Below, in pieces: positions 29,492 to 39,554 of a stretch of 64,000 nt of DNA. The DNA is from Myxococcales bacterium (GTDB lineage: Bacteria; Desulfobacterota; Binatia; HRBIN30), in assembly GCA_037445065.1 (NCBI GenBank), contig JBBILD010000001.1, positions 32,001 to 96,000 on the forward strand. Direction: 5' to 3'. The notes beneath the pieces were generated by a model. It did no database searches. It saw only the letters and a program-made list of their open reading frames with translations, and was not told the DNA's origin. A program made the translations under genes and the position numbers. Numbering within the stretch: the first letter of the stretch is position 1; the number at the start of each line of letters is the position of its first letter.

Positions 29492-30379
29492 GTGGTGAGA
29501 TGCGCGCTGATCGTTCATGGGGGAGCGGGTCGAATCAACGAATCAGAAAAGGACGGCATCCTATCGGGCTTGCAGGAAGCGGCGGCGCGCGGTTTCCGTT
29601 TGCTACGTGAAGGGCTGAGCGCGGTCGAAGCGGCGGTGGAGGCTGTGGGATTTCTCGAAGACAATGTCTTGTTCAACGCTGGTCGAGGTTCGGTCGCGAC
29701 GTTCGAGGGTTCGATCGAGATGGATGCGTCAGTGATGGACGGTAAGTCCCTCCGCGCCGGTGCGGTAGCGGGGGTGCGCACCATTCGGCATCCGGCACGC
29801 TTGGCTGCCGCGATCTTGCGGCAAGGTCGGGAGGTATTTCTGGCTGGGGAAGCGGCGGAGCGGTGGGGCAGGGTTTGGGGACTGGAATCCTGGGACCCGA
29901 TTGACCTTGCCGAAGGGGCTCGCACGAACCACGGGCTGGTTCGCAACTCTGTGGGAACGGTTGGCGCCATCGCGATGGATCGGCGAGGCCATTTAGCAGC
30001 GGCGACGTCCACGGGCGGCCGAGCTGGAAAGCGGGAGGGACGGATTGGTGATTCCGCTGTGATCGGGGCGGGTACGTATGCCGATGACGAGTCAGGCGCA
30101 GCTTCGGCTACCGGTTACGGTGAGGCGATCTTGCGGGTTTCTCTGGCCCACTTTGCGGTACGCCAGCTAGAAGCAGGGCGGGCGCCACAGGTTGTGGCCG
30201 AAGAGAGCCTGGCACGACTGGGACGTCTGACTGGGGGGCATGCGGGGCTGATCTTGTTAGACCGACTCGGCCGCTGCGGAGCGGCAACGAACACGGCCCA
30301 TATGCCCGTCGCATGGATGAAGGCGGGCATGGCGTGCCCACAAGCTCGTATGAGTCCATCGTGGGAGATGGTGCGTTAA
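29492..30379 (+). CDS. iaaA: Isoaspartyl peptidase/L-asparaginase (Ntn hydrolase)
   Basis: IVHGGAG, FNAG.GS, EMDAS, GTVGA, ATSTGG, GRIGDS. Confidence 0.92.
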   Translation: MVRCALIVHGGAGRINESEKDGILSGLQEAAARGFRLLREGLSAVEAAVEAVGFLEDNVLFNAGRGSVATFEGSIEMDASVMDGKSLRAGAVAGVRTIRHPARLAAAILRQGREVFLAGEAAERWGRVWGLESWDPIDLAEGARTNHGLVRNSVGTVGAIAMDRRGHLAAATSTGGRAGKREGRIGDSAVIGAGTYADDESGAASATGYGEAILRVSLAHFAVRQLEAGRAPQVVAEESLARLGRLTGGHAGLILLDRLGRCGAATNTAHMPVAWMKAGMACPQARMSPSWEMVR

Positions 30380-30394
30380 AGGAGCGAAGATCCA

Positions 30395-31165
30395 GTGCCA
30401 GAATTGACGGCAAAGTTCTTTGGCTCAGAAATTCCATGGTGGAGGCTTAGCTGGGGACTGTTGGCGGATGCCTTGGTTGCCGCTTGGACAATCCTTCTCG
30501 CGATCCCTGCAATTGTGTTTACGCTGTTGGCCCGTCGCACCTGGCTCATTGACTTCTTGGCGCCGGTCTGGAGCCGCGGCGTTCTGTGGATTTGCGGTGT
30601 GCGGGTGGAAGTTCAGGGTCTCGAAAACTTGGACCCCCACCGCTCCTACGTTTTGATCGCCAACCACGCGAGCAATTTCGACATTTGGGTGATGCTGGCA
30701 GCGTTACCACTCCGGCTGCGCTTTGTCGCGAAGCAGGAGTTACTGCGGGTTCCGTTTTTCGGAACGGCCCTTGCTCTGAGCGACCACATTGTCATCGATC
30801 GTTCCAATCCGGAGGACGCGGTCCGAAGGATCAATGAGCGGGTGGCGGCACAAGCGCAGCGCGGTAAGCCATTTTGTTTACTTTTTTTTGCGGAAGGTAC
30901 GCGTAGCCCTGACGGGACGATTCTGCCCTTTAAAAAAGGGGGTGTAACGCTGGCGTTGCGTTCTGGGTTGCCAGTGGTTCCTGTGGCAATTAGCGGCACA
31001 CGCAAATTGCTCCCGAAGAATGCGATTCTCATCCGGCCTGGAGGGAAGGTAAAGCTGGTTTTGGCGAAGCCGATCGAAACAACGGGCATGACGTTAGAGG
31101 GTCGTGATGAGTTGAACGAGCGGGTTCGGCAAACGGTGATCGCAAACTACGACCCAGGTTATTGA
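30395..31165 (+). CDS. plsC: 1-acyl-sn-glycerol-3-phosphate acyltransferase
   Basis: NHASNFD, FVAK, FAEGTRS, FKKG. Confidence 0.9.
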   Translation: MPELTAKFFGSEIPWWRLSWGLLADALVAAWTILLAIPAIVFTLLARRTWLIDFLAPVWSRGVLWICGVRVEVQGLENLDPHRSYVLIANHASNFDIWVMLAALPLRLRFVAKQELLRVPFFGTALALSDHIVIDRSNPEDAVRRINERVAAQAQRGKPFCLLFFAEGTRSPDGTILPFKKGGVTLALRSGLPVVPVAISGTRKLLPKNAILIRPGGKVKLVLAKPIETTGMTLEGRDELNERVRQTVIANYDPGY

Positions 31166-31287
31166 TCTATTTCCCACCGCCCTTCGGGGTGACGCCTGGA
31201 GGCGAGGCAATTTCTCTTGCATGCCTGAGTCGTGCGCTGTCACATGGGTCACGGGGCCGGAGTGTTGGGCCAGGATGGGCTTTCATG

Positions 31288-33342
31288 TCACCAATGCGTG
31301 TCGTGTTGCGCCCCGGTTTCGGCCGCAGCAAGAAACGCTTGCGTTTTATCGGCTGGAACACCGAGAAGTTCGCCGATACGAAGGCTTGCCGCCAGCGCGT
31401 AGAGTTCGCTTTGCCCAGCCCAGTCCCTGCGCAACGGAAACGTCGAATTGCTCGCTTTGGCGAGCCAGCCAGAATGCGTGCGGATAAAACATTCGGACCC
31501 GAACCACTGAGCGCTGCGCAGACCATCGAGCGTTCTTAACGCCGGATCGTCGGCACAAGCCAGAATCACTTTCTGCCGGGAGCGCATCCTAGCGCAAAGA
31601 ACTTCAATTTCCTGCAAGAGGAGTCTTACCAACTCTGGGTCCCCAGCAGGAGGATGCGCGACCGGGGTGACGACGGCGAGATCCGGTTCGACAACATCCA
31701 GGAGCGCGCGCATGTCACCAGGAGCAGCGATCCCTAGCTCCAAAATTAAAACATCGCATTTCGTGGGCGAGACTGCACCGAGGATACAGCGCAGCAACGC
31801 TTCGACGCGACCTATGTGATGTATCCGCACGTTTAGGATCGCTAATGGAAGCCCGATTTGGGTATTGTACGAGAGCGGGTTGGACCTCACCTGAAAGTGT
31901 TGCCCAAGGTACCCGGTCAAAGTCCGTTTGACCACGGTTTTCCCCCGGCCACCCGTAATTCCGATAATGATCGGCCTGTGTCGCAGTGCCGCCTTTGTCA
32001 ATGTTTTCAGCGTCAAACTAGCGAGCCTGCGCCGGAGCTTGGAAGGACGGCTCCCAAGAGAACCCACTGGCTGAAAGCCAATGCCTGCACGCTTTAGCAC
32101 CTGAAGTTCGCGAGTTTTCGGCAAAAAGAAGTCGCGGATGCGTTCAAAGGCACGATCGATCTCCTCGGTCGAACGCGCGAAGCAAAAGCGTAAGTGCCCC
32201 TCTCCCGTAGGACCGAATGCAACACCAGGGACGACGGCGACCTTGGCGACGCGCAAGAGTTCCCGTGCAAGGCGCATAGAGTCGCGTGCACAAGGGACGC
32301 CGTCTTTAATGCGTGGAAAGGCAAAGTACGAGGCCTGTGGTGTCTGGTAGTCAAACACCCAAGGCAACGAATCCAAATGCTCGATCATTCTCCGCCTGCG
32401 CGCCCGGAGTTCTTCCCGGAATCGTCGCACTAGTTTTTCGCCGTGCTCCAATGCCGCAAGGGCTCCGTACTGAGACGCAACGGGCGCACAGGTTACTAAT
32501 GCGTCATGGGCGCGGAGGATACGTGCCGCGAGGTTCCGGTCCGTGTGCAGAAAGCCGACTCGCCAGCCAGTCATGGCGAACGCCTTAGAGAACGAGCAAA
32601 TGCGGACCGTTCGGTGGCGGAAGTCCGGCCATCGGGCGGGACTCATGACCGGTCGCTCCACGTAAACAAAATCCTTGTAAACCTCATCAGAAATGACAAT
32701 CAGGTTGTGTCGCTCAGCGAGATCGAGAAGCGAGCGAACCGCCTCTGGTGAGAAGATCGTGCCGGTTGGGTTGTTTGGCTGGGCAATGAGGATTGCGCGG
32801 GTGCGCGAGGTCACTGCCTGTCGGCAACGCTCCGGATCGAGATCGAAACTCCTGTCTTCGTCGAGTGGAACGAAGCGCGCGTGTAGTCCGGCTAGCTTCA
32901 ACGCGCTGAGATACGAGGTGTACGAGGGTGAGGGTAGAAGCACCTCGCATCCGGGTTCGAACAGTGCCAGCAGTGATGCGCTCAGACCTTCGATCGATCC
33001 GCAGGTGACGATGATTTCGGAGTCAGGATCGTAGTGCATCCCGTCCTGCTTCAACGTTTCGGCGATTTGCTCGCGCAGTCGTGGCAGGCCCGGGGACAGG
33101 GTGTACCGCGCACAAGAGCCGTCGCGGATGTGTTGAACGACGAACTGCTTGATTTCCTCCGGGGTATCGAAACTAGGGATCCCTTGCGCGAGCGAGATTA
33201 CGTCTGGGAGACCTGCTGCTTCCAGTTCGATGGCCTTGATCGGCGAGAGTACGAGTTCTTCCCACGGGCGTGGTGCAAGCGTACCCCAAAGTGAGGGATC
33301 CTCTGCCAATTGGCGTTTGCGGCTACCGTTCCTCTCGGCCAT
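31288..33342 (-). CDS. Class I/II PLP aminotransferase fused to a MurF-like central ATPase domain
   Basis: PNNPTG, SDEVY, SFSKAFAMTGWRVG; then IIGITGGRGKT, SYNTQIGLPL, LILELG..PGDM...PDLAVVT. Confidence 0.85.
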   Translation of the reverse strand: MAERNGSRKRQLAEDPSLWGTLAPRPWEELVLSPIKAIELEAAGLPDVISLAQGIPSFDTPEEIKQFVVQHIRDGSCARYTLSPGLPRLREQIAETLKQDGMHYDPDSEIIVTCGSIEGLSASLLALFEPGCEVLLPSPSYTSYLSALKLAGLHARFVPLDEDRSFDLDPERCRQAVTSRTRAILIAQPNNPTGTIFSPEAVRSLLDLAERHNLIVISDEVYKDFVYVERPVMSPARWPDFRHRTVRICSFSKAFAMTGWRVGFLHTDRNLAARILRAHDALVTCAPVASQYGALAALEHGEKLVRRFREELRARRRRMIEHLDSLPWVFDYQTPQASYFAFPRIKDGVPCARDSMRLARELLRVAKVAVVPGVAFGPTGEGHLRFCFARSTEEIDRAFERIRDFFLPKTRELQVLKRAGIGFQPVGSLGSRPSKLRRRLASLTLKTLTKAALRHRPIIIGITGGRGKTVVKRTLTGYLGQHFQVRSNPLSYNTQIGLPLAILNVRIHHIGRVEALLRCILGAVSPTKCDVLILELGIAAPGDMRALLDVVEPDLAVVTPVAHPPAGDPELVRLLLQEIEVLCARMRSRQKVILACADDPALRTLDGLRSAQWFGSECFIRTHSGWLAKASNSTFPLRRDWAGQSELYALAASLRIGELLGVPADKTQAFLAAAETGAQHDTHW

Positions 33343-34009
33343 GGTCCGTCCTGCGACTGGAACTGCCGAGCACGCGCTCGCATAGCGCAGCACTCGCATG
33401 TTCCGGTGTGCCGTCGAGGAGGAGTGCTTCCCATCGCCCCTGCCTCTCGCACACAACATGCACGGAACCCAGAGCGATATCGAGCTGCGCGATCGCGTGC
33501 TCCTGGCCCTCCATCAGGTGGGTGAGTAAGGTGCGGATAACGCCCTTGTGGAGCACGAATAAGGTGTGACGGGGCAAGTTCGGCCGCAGTCGTTCGAACG
33601 TCTGCCAAACGCGCTGGCGAAAGACGGGCACTGCCTCTCCACCCGGGTATGCGAAGTTTTCTGGGTGCTCGCGCCAGAGTTGATATCTCAAGGGATCTGC
33701 AGCTTTGATCTCTTGCTCCGTTAGGCCTTCCCATTCCCCGAAACAAATCTCGTCAAAGCCAGCGAGGGCGATCTGCTGAACTCCAGGGGCGATCAGCGAG
33801 GCGGCTTCCCGGCAGCGAGCGAGCGTGCTGGTGACTGCGATATCGAAGCACAGGCGTATGCGGTTGCAAATCGTGGCCACTGCACGCATCTGTCCTCGGC
33901 CAAGGTCGCTAAGTGGGACGTCCGTTTGCCCGTAGTAGCGGATCCGCGAGCCTCCGGTGGTTTCGCCGTGGCGCACAAAGACGAGACTCCGGCCGGGAAG
34001 TCGGCTCAT
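33323..34009 (-). CDS. Histidine phosphatase family protein (CobC/GpmB-like)
   Basis: VRHGET, S.L.RC, EI.FGEWEG, PGGE, HKGVI. Confidence 0.9.
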   Translation of the reverse strand: MSRLPGRSLVFVRHGETTGGSRIRYYGQTDVPLSDLGRGQMRAVATICNRIRLCFDIAVTSTLARCREAASLIAPGVQQIALAGFDEICFGEWEGLTEQEIKAADPLRYQLWREHPENFAYPGGEAVPVFRQRVWQTFERLRPNLPRHTLFVLHKGVIRTLLTHLMEGQEHAIAQLDIALGSVHVVCERQGRWEALLLDGTPEHASAALCERVLGSSSRRTDHGREER

Positions 34010-34012
34010 GGC

Positions 34013-34750
34013 TCAAAAGGAGACCCGTCGCATAATGGCTCGGGGTAACGAGCGAATCAAAGCCATCACAAGGCGCCACGTCGGGGGCGCGTAAACGACC
34101 GGCTGACCTGTGAGCAAGGCACGAACGACGACGCGTGCCACCTGATCCGGTCTGCCAGCGAGCGGCGGGGCCGGTAGGCCGGCAGTCATTTGAGTGTGAA
34201 CGAAGCCGGGCCGGACTTCGACGACCCTAAGACCTTGACCGCGATACTTGTGGTCCAGTCCTTCCAAGTAATAACGTAGGCCCGCTTTACTCGCGCCATA
34301 GAGAATGACCGGCTTCCGTGCGCGGTCGCCTGCAACCGACGTAAACACACAAAGCGTGCCGCCCCCGTTGGAGAGGAGCCGCGCCTTTGCGACTTCACAA
34401 AACAATATCGTATGGGTGAAATTAACGGTCAAAAGTTCGCGGAGTTGGCCCAGGTGCCGTTCGAGGTTTGATTGCTGAGCAAACAAACCGGCCGTGACAA
34501 CGACCGTGTCCAGCCCGCCCACCGCCTCCTCCGCTTGTTGGAGCGCCGGCTCGAAGCAGGCAGGATCCAGCAAGTCGCACCACACTGTGGCCACCGAGCC
34601 TTGGGCTCCATGGACTTCCAAGTCCCTTGCAGAGCGCAGAAGTTGCTCTGGGTCTCTGCCCAGAAGCACGATTCGGGCTCCCTTCTCCGCTAGAGCGCGC
34701 GCCAATGCCCTCCCCATTCCACTTGTTGCCCCGAGCAACGCGACCTTCAT
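34013..34750 (-). CDS. SDR oxidoreductase, DprE2-like
   Basis: GATSGMG, SVAGDR, YGASK, VRPGFVHTQMT; coupled to the DprE1-like gene. Confidence 0.85.
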   Translation of the reverse strand: MKVALLGATSGMGRALARALAEKGARIVLLGRDPEQLLRSARDLEVHGAQGSVATVWCDLLDPACFEPALQQAEEAVGGLDTVVVTAGLFAQQSNLERHLGQLRELLTVNFTHTILFCEVAKARLLSNGGGTLCVFTSVAGDRARKPVILYGASKAGLRYYLEGLDHKYRGQGLRVVEVRPGFVHTQMTAGLPAPPLAGRPDQVARVVVRALLTGQPVVYAPPTWRLVMALIRSLPRAIMRRVSF

Positions 34751-36081
34751 ACCGAGTCTCCGAAAAGCCTTACCGATAGGGCACTGCGCAGCCGGCGGTG
34801 TGGGTCCCACCTCTCGCGGATCGCTCGGAATCGTTCCAACCTAGGCTCCATGCGTTCAAAATGCTCTCTGCGCGTGAAGGCATCCTTAGCGAGGTAGACT
34901 CGTCCTCCGGCTTCAATAACGAATTCGTTTAAACAGTCGACAATTTTTTGCGTGTTCTCTCGCACCGGCATATCGAGTGCGTAAGAGATTCCAGGCTTGG
35001 GAAACGATAAAATCCCATTTCCCTCTGCCCCGCAGTCTTTGATGACAGCCAGAAAGATCGGTGCTTCCAATTTCTGTAACTGCTTTGCGAACTGCTCATG
35101 GAGGCCGAAGTCGCGGTCAGCAGGTAGAACGCACTGGTACTGCGTGAATCCCCGCGAGCCGTAAACGCGGTTCCAATTTTTCAAGGCGTCAAGGGGGTAG
35201 AAAAACTCGTTTGGTGACACGACCTTCCTCCGAGCCCGCTGTCGGGCGCGCAAAAAGTATGCTCCATTGAACCAGCGAACCATCCACGGTTGGAGAAACC
35301 AGTTCGGGAAAACGTCGGGAACCGGGAGGGGGTCGGGGTCGCGGGGTGCATAGGGAGGCGCCTCGTAGGGGTGGGCCCAGCGGCCTTTCATGACCGCTCC
35401 GCGACCGAAGCGGGGAGGAGGATTCAAAAAGTCAGCCCAAGCAACGGTGAACGGCCAGGTGCGGCCCGCCGCGCGCAAGGCCTCCAGCAAACCGCGGAGT
35501 GTGCCATGAATTTCAACCTCCTCCAGGATCCAAGGCGACGGGATTGGTTTGAGTTGGAATTCGACTTCCAAGATATGCCCGGTTAGTCCCATGCCGCCAA
35601 TGGTGGCGAAGAACAGATCTGAGTGTTCGTCTCGCGAACACTCCACGACGTCACCGGACGCGACCCGAATGAGAATCCGATGCACGTGCTCCCCGAAAGA
35701 GCCTTCTACGTGGTGCATCTTCCCGTGCACATCTGCAGCGACCATGCCGCCGATGCTGACGAATTTCGTTCCAGGTGAAACGGGGACGAACCAACCGCGC
35801 GGCAAGAAAAGTCGATTCAGGCGCCAAAGCGGGCAACCCGACTCGGTTCGGATCTTTCCGGTCAACTCATCAAAAAACAAAACGCGGTCGGCCAGTTCGG
35901 TTCCGAGGAGGCAATCCGCGGGGGAGGCGGGAAGCGCGGCGTCCCCATAAGAGCGGCCCAGACCGCGAGCTAAAGCGACGCCTTCGCACTTGCGGCGGAG
36001 GTCCTCATGTAGGCAGATCCTCCCTTCCGTGACCGGATACCGCCCCCAACCAAAAAGCCTCTGAGAAACCGAGCAGGCCAT
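34747..36081 (-). CDS. FAD-binding oxidoreductase, DprE1-like
   Basis: GWGR, ARGLGRSYGD, PGTKFVSIGG..AADVHGK.HH, FFYPLD, YG..GF.QYQ, GRVYLAKD. Confidence 0.9.
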   Translation of the reverse strand: MACSVSQRLFGWGRYPVTEGRICLHEDLRRKCEGVALARGLGRSYGDAALPASPADCLLGTELADRVLFFDELTGKIRTESGCPLWRLNRLFLPRGWFVPVSPGTKFVSIGGMVAADVHGKMHHVEGSFGEHVHRILIRVASGDVVECSRDEHSDLFFATIGGMGLTGHILEVEFQLKPIPSPWILEEVEIHGTLRGLLEALRAAGRTWPFTVAWADFLNPPPRFGRGAVMKGRWAHPYEAPPYAPRDPDPLPVPDVFPNWFLQPWMVRWFNGAYFLRARQRARRKVVSPNEFFYPLDALKNWNRVYGSRGFTQYQCVLPADRDFGLHEQFAKQLQKLEAPIFLAVIKDCGAEGNGILSFPKPGISYALDMPVRENTQKIVDCLNEFVIEAGGRVYLAKDAFTRREHFERMEPRLERFRAIRERWDPHRRLRSALSVRLFGDSV

Positions 36082-36083
36082 CT

Positions 36084-37046
36084 TCAAGCCCTCCCGCCCC
36101 TTGGTTGGGTTTTACGACGCGAAACTTCGGCTGCCTGGTCTGACATAAGAGCGCGAACTTCTTCGAGACTGGGAATCCCGGCTCGGCCCCCAAATTTTCG
36201 GCACTTTAAAGCGGCGCTAGCAGCCGCAAATCGCAGGGTTTTCTCGATGGGCCAGCCCTGGAGGAGCCCATGTATGCACCCTGCATGGAACAGGTCTCCG
36301 GCCCCGGTCGTGTCCAAGGCAAGCACACGATAGGCTGGCACAAAGATGGTCCGTTCCTCAGCGCGCGCGACGGCGCCTCCGGTCCCCAAGGTCACCCCTA
36401 CAAGCCAAGGTCCAAGGCGGGCCACCTTTTCCACGGCCTTCTCGATCCGGTCCTCGCCGGTAAGGCGAAAGAAAAAATCGCGGCTGGCGATGAGTACATC
36501 GGTAAGGGCCAAGAGTTCGTTTATGGCTTGGGCCGGTTGATCGATGTCGAGAACGACTTGCACCCCGAACTCCTTGGCTCGCCGCGCCGATTCGATAGCA
36601 GTCCACGGGTCCACGGCATCGAGCAGGAGAAAACGAGCTCCTTTCAGGATTTCCGACGGCACCACTGGCAGCCGGAAGGGGTCTCCGCAGGGTCCGGCGA
36701 GCACAGACCGTTCACCCGTTGCGCGATCAACCAAAATCACCGAAACCGGCTGACTCTGATTGCGGAGCACTACAGAGGCATGCAGGTTCACCCCCTCCCG
36801 CGCAAGGGCTGAACGGACGAGGAGACCTCCAGGGTCATCGCCGAAGACGCCTACGTAGGCCACGGGGATCCCCCAGCGACGCAGAGCTACCAAAGCCGTC
36901 GGTACTTGACCGCCGGGTTGGGTTTCGTAGCGGAGAAGCGGCTGCTTCCCGTCGAGGCGAGGGTGACGGTGAACCACGCAAAGGTGGTCCACTGTGCTTT
37001 GCCCACTACCCACCACCAAAGCCGAACTGAGGCGACTCGTCAACAC
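36084..37046 (-). CDS. PfkB family carbohydrate kinase
   Basis: PGG..PTA, VTLG..G, DTTGAGDLFHAG. Confidence 0.92.
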   Translation of the reverse strand: MLTSRLSSALVVGSGQSTVDHLCVVHRHPRLDGKQPLLRYETQPGGQVPTALVALRRWGIPVAYVGVFGDDPGGLLVRSALAREGVNLHASVVLRNQSQPVSVILVDRATGERSVLAGPCGDPFRLPVVPSEILKGARFLLLDAVDPWTAIESARRAKEFGVQVVLDIDQPAQAINELLALTDVLIASRDFFFRLTGEDRIEKAVEKVARLGPWLVGVTLGTGGAVARAEERTIFVPAYRVLALDTTGAGDLFHAGCIHGLLQGWPIEKTLRFAAASAALKCRKFGGRAGIPSLEEVRALMSDQAAEVSRRKTQPRGGRA

Positions 37047-37211
37047 GGATCCTTGTTGTAGCTAATTACCATGCCGAACAGATGCCGGCCATGAGCAGGT
37101 GAGGGACACTCTTCGCACCTGCGGGGAAGCTCTTTCACTGTTGGGGCCCTTGATCACGGTCGGTTACCTACGCAGCACGGATCCTGAACTCAATTCGGAG
37201 GACTCCTGAAA

Positions 37212-38060
37212 TCAGTCACCGGAGGGGACTAACGCAATGACCCGGGCTGGGCTGCCGCTGCCGTTTACAATCGGGAGCGGCAGGGCAAAGATCCAGGCCC
37301 CCGTCGGAGGAAGTTGCTCCACGTTTGCAAGATTCTCGAACGCCGGTTTGTTTGCTGCGGAGAGGACCCGGTGCACCGGAAAAGAGCGAGATCGCCCAGG
37401 ATCTACGCTGGCCGTGTCTACCCCAAGCGCAGCGATGTTCCTCTGCTCGACCAGGAATGACACCGCCTCAGCCGAAAACCCCGGGAAGCGAAGACCCGAA
37501 GTGTCCCCGGGCTGATCAGATCCCAGGTATTGCTTCTTGTTTCCCCAGTACCGGCCCCAGCCACTCAACATCACCACGATCGCGCCCCCGGGCAGTGGAC
37601 CGTGGCGCTGTTCCCAAAGCAAAACGTCCTGGACGGTCAGTTCATAATCCGTGTTACGGGCTGCCTGTTCCCGAACGTCAATGACCACCGCCGGACCGAC
37701 ACAGGCGCTCAACGGTACTGCGTCGGCCGCTAGCTTCCCCTCCCCAAAATGAAGGGGGGCATCCATGTGCGTCCCCCCGTGCTCTGCCATGCGAAAGTTG
37801 TTTGCCGCGTACCAGTACCCCTCAGGCGTCCAGCCGCGGTGAACCGGTTCGAGCGTAAAAGGAAGGCTGGTGGGCCAAAAGATCGTGTCCGGCCCCAGCG
37901 AGTGGGTGAGGTCCACGAGCCGCACGGAAGCGAGCCATGGCGTGACTTGGGCTTTTTCCCACATCTGATGCGGCAGCTTTGGCCCCTTCGGGGCGCACGC
38001 AGCGAGAGAAAGGGTAGCCAGAACTACCGCCGTTACGTGGTGACCATGAGCAGTGGGCAT
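37212..38060 (-). CDS. Cyclase family (kynurenine formamidase-like) lipoprotein
   Basis: EHGGTHMDAPLHF motif, ENL; lipobox LAAC. Confidence 0.9.
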   Translation of the reverse strand: MPTAHGHHVTAVVLATLSLAACAPKGPKLPHQMWEKAQVTPWLASVRLVDLTHSLGPDTIFWPTSLPFTLEPVHRGWTPEGYWYAANNFRMAEHGGTHMDAPLHFGEGKLAADAVPLSACVGPAVVIDVREQAARNTDYELTVQDVLLWEQRHGPLPGGAIVVMLSGWGRYWGNKKQYLGSDQPGDTSGLRFPGFSAEAVSFLVEQRNIAALGVDTASVDPGRSRSFPVHRVLSAANKPAFENLANVEQLPPTGAWIFALPLPIVNGSGSPARVIALVPSGD

Positions 38061-38148
38061 GCTCACCGCGTACGAAAATCGCGGGCTTCAAGTCAATCGT
38101 GGCGTGGGTGAACTGTCCGCTTTTCTGAACCACGATCGCCGGGTGCCC

Positions 38149-38177
38149 TTGACGAAAGGAGATCAAGATCGCATTAT
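38149..38177 (+). promoter_or_regulatory. Putative sigma70 promoter TTGACG-N17-CATTAT
   Basis: Near-consensus boxes upstream of the sigma factor gene. Confidence 0.4.
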
Positions 38178-38343
38178 AAAAACCGTTTCGCGGGGGCTGG
38201 CTGGCAGGAGTACCTGTACGGCGAGGGCCTCTCACGATGGTTGAAACAAAGAGCGAAATTGCTCTGGACCTTCGCTGAATTTTCACCAATGATGTGCGTC
38301 GAAGACGGCCATGTTCGATACGGACTACAACACTGAGTATGCA

Positions 38344-39510
38344 ATGACGGATCAAACCTCACTCATCGAGGAGGAGCTGCCACGCTCTGAGGAGGCTACG
38401 GAGTCGCCAGAGGCAGAGGACCTCCTGGAACTGGAAAGCCGGGATGTGGAGTCGTTGTTTTCCGCAGACCTGGCCACCACTAGCGTTCTGTCCCGTGCCG
38501 AAGAGGAATCTCTTGCACGGCGGATTGCGCGTGCTCGGGAGCGAATTCTCAAGGTCCTACATGGGGCAAAAACCCTCAGCCGTCATGCCCTCGAGGACGC
38601 TGGTCGGGGGGTGATTTTGCCAGAAGAAGACTTCCGCGAGCGGGAGACAGTGACCATCCTGCGTTTTGCCGAGGCAATTCTGGCAGATCAGAAGCTCCAT
38701 CGCAGGAAAGAGTTTGTGCGCCGGACGGGCTTCCGCAGCGTGCGGCGTTTGCGCAAATTCGTAGACGATTTGACTAAGGCGTTGAACGACTACCGAGTTT
38801 TGCGAGACGAAATGATGCGAGCGAACCTCAGGCTTGTGAATCTGTTCGCCCGCAGATACCGCCACCCGGTGTTGACGTCGCTCGACCTGTTCCAAGAGGG
38901 CACCATCGGCCTCTTGCGAGCGATCGAGAAGTATGACCCGCAGCGGAACATCAAGTTCAGTACCTACGCTACGTGGTGGATCTGGCAGCAGCTCAGCCGA
39001 GCTGCAGACATGCAGGGGTCGTTGATTCGTTTGCCGGTACACTGGAACCAGTTCCGGCGCCGGATCGGGCGAGACGCAAGGGAACTCGCCATGGAAAACG
39101 AGCGGCCAGTGACTCGGGACGAGATTGCAGCGACCCATGGGTTGGACCGAGAGCGCTTCGAAGCCATGGCGCAGAGCTTCCAGTTCGTTTCGACCGACGC
39201 GCCGATCGGTGAAGATGACGATCGCACTCTGGAGAGCACCCTCGCTTCGGATAGTCCTGAACCAGAAGGTGTGGCGGAGAAGGCGTCATTACGCGAGCGC
39301 CTGGAAGACGCTTTGCGACAACTCCCAGAGCGCGAGCGGATCATTCTACGGCACCGATTTGGGTTGGATGACGACGAAACCGAAACCCTCGAGCAGCTTG
39401 GCCGACAGTTCGGAGTCAGTCGCGAACGGATCCGGCAGCTTGAAGCACGTGGCCTGAAGATGCTTCGCGCAATCTGTGCCCAGCAAGGCTTGCAGGATTA
39501 TCTCGAGTAA
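38344..39510 (+). CDS. RpoD/RpoS-like (group 2-type) sigma70 factor
   Basis: ANLRLV, DLFQEG.IGL.RA.EKYDP, KFSTYATWWI, IRLPVH, TLEQLG..FGVSRERIRQLE; no region 1.1. Confidence 0.92.
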   Translation: MTDQTSLIEEELPRSEEATESPEAEDLLELESRDVESLFSADLATTSVLSRAEEESLARRIARARERILKVLHGAKTLSRHALEDAGRGVILPEEDFRERETVTILRFAEAILADQKLHRRKEFVRRTGFRSVRRLRKFVDDLTKALNDYRVLRDEMMRANLRLVNLFARRYRHPVLTSLDLFQEGTIGLLRAIEKYDPQRNIKFSTYATWWIWQQLSRAADMQGSLIRLPVHWNQFRRRIGRDARELAMENERPVTRDEIAATHGLDRERFEAMAQSFQFVSTDAPIGEDDDRTLESTLASDSPEPEGVAEKASLRERLEDALRQLPERERIILRHRFGLDDDETETLEQLGRQFGVSRERIRQLEARGLKMLRAICAQQGLQDYLE

Positions 39511-39554
39511 CGCGGGACGGAAGCTAGTAGGAACCACGCAGTCCGGCGGCGGCG

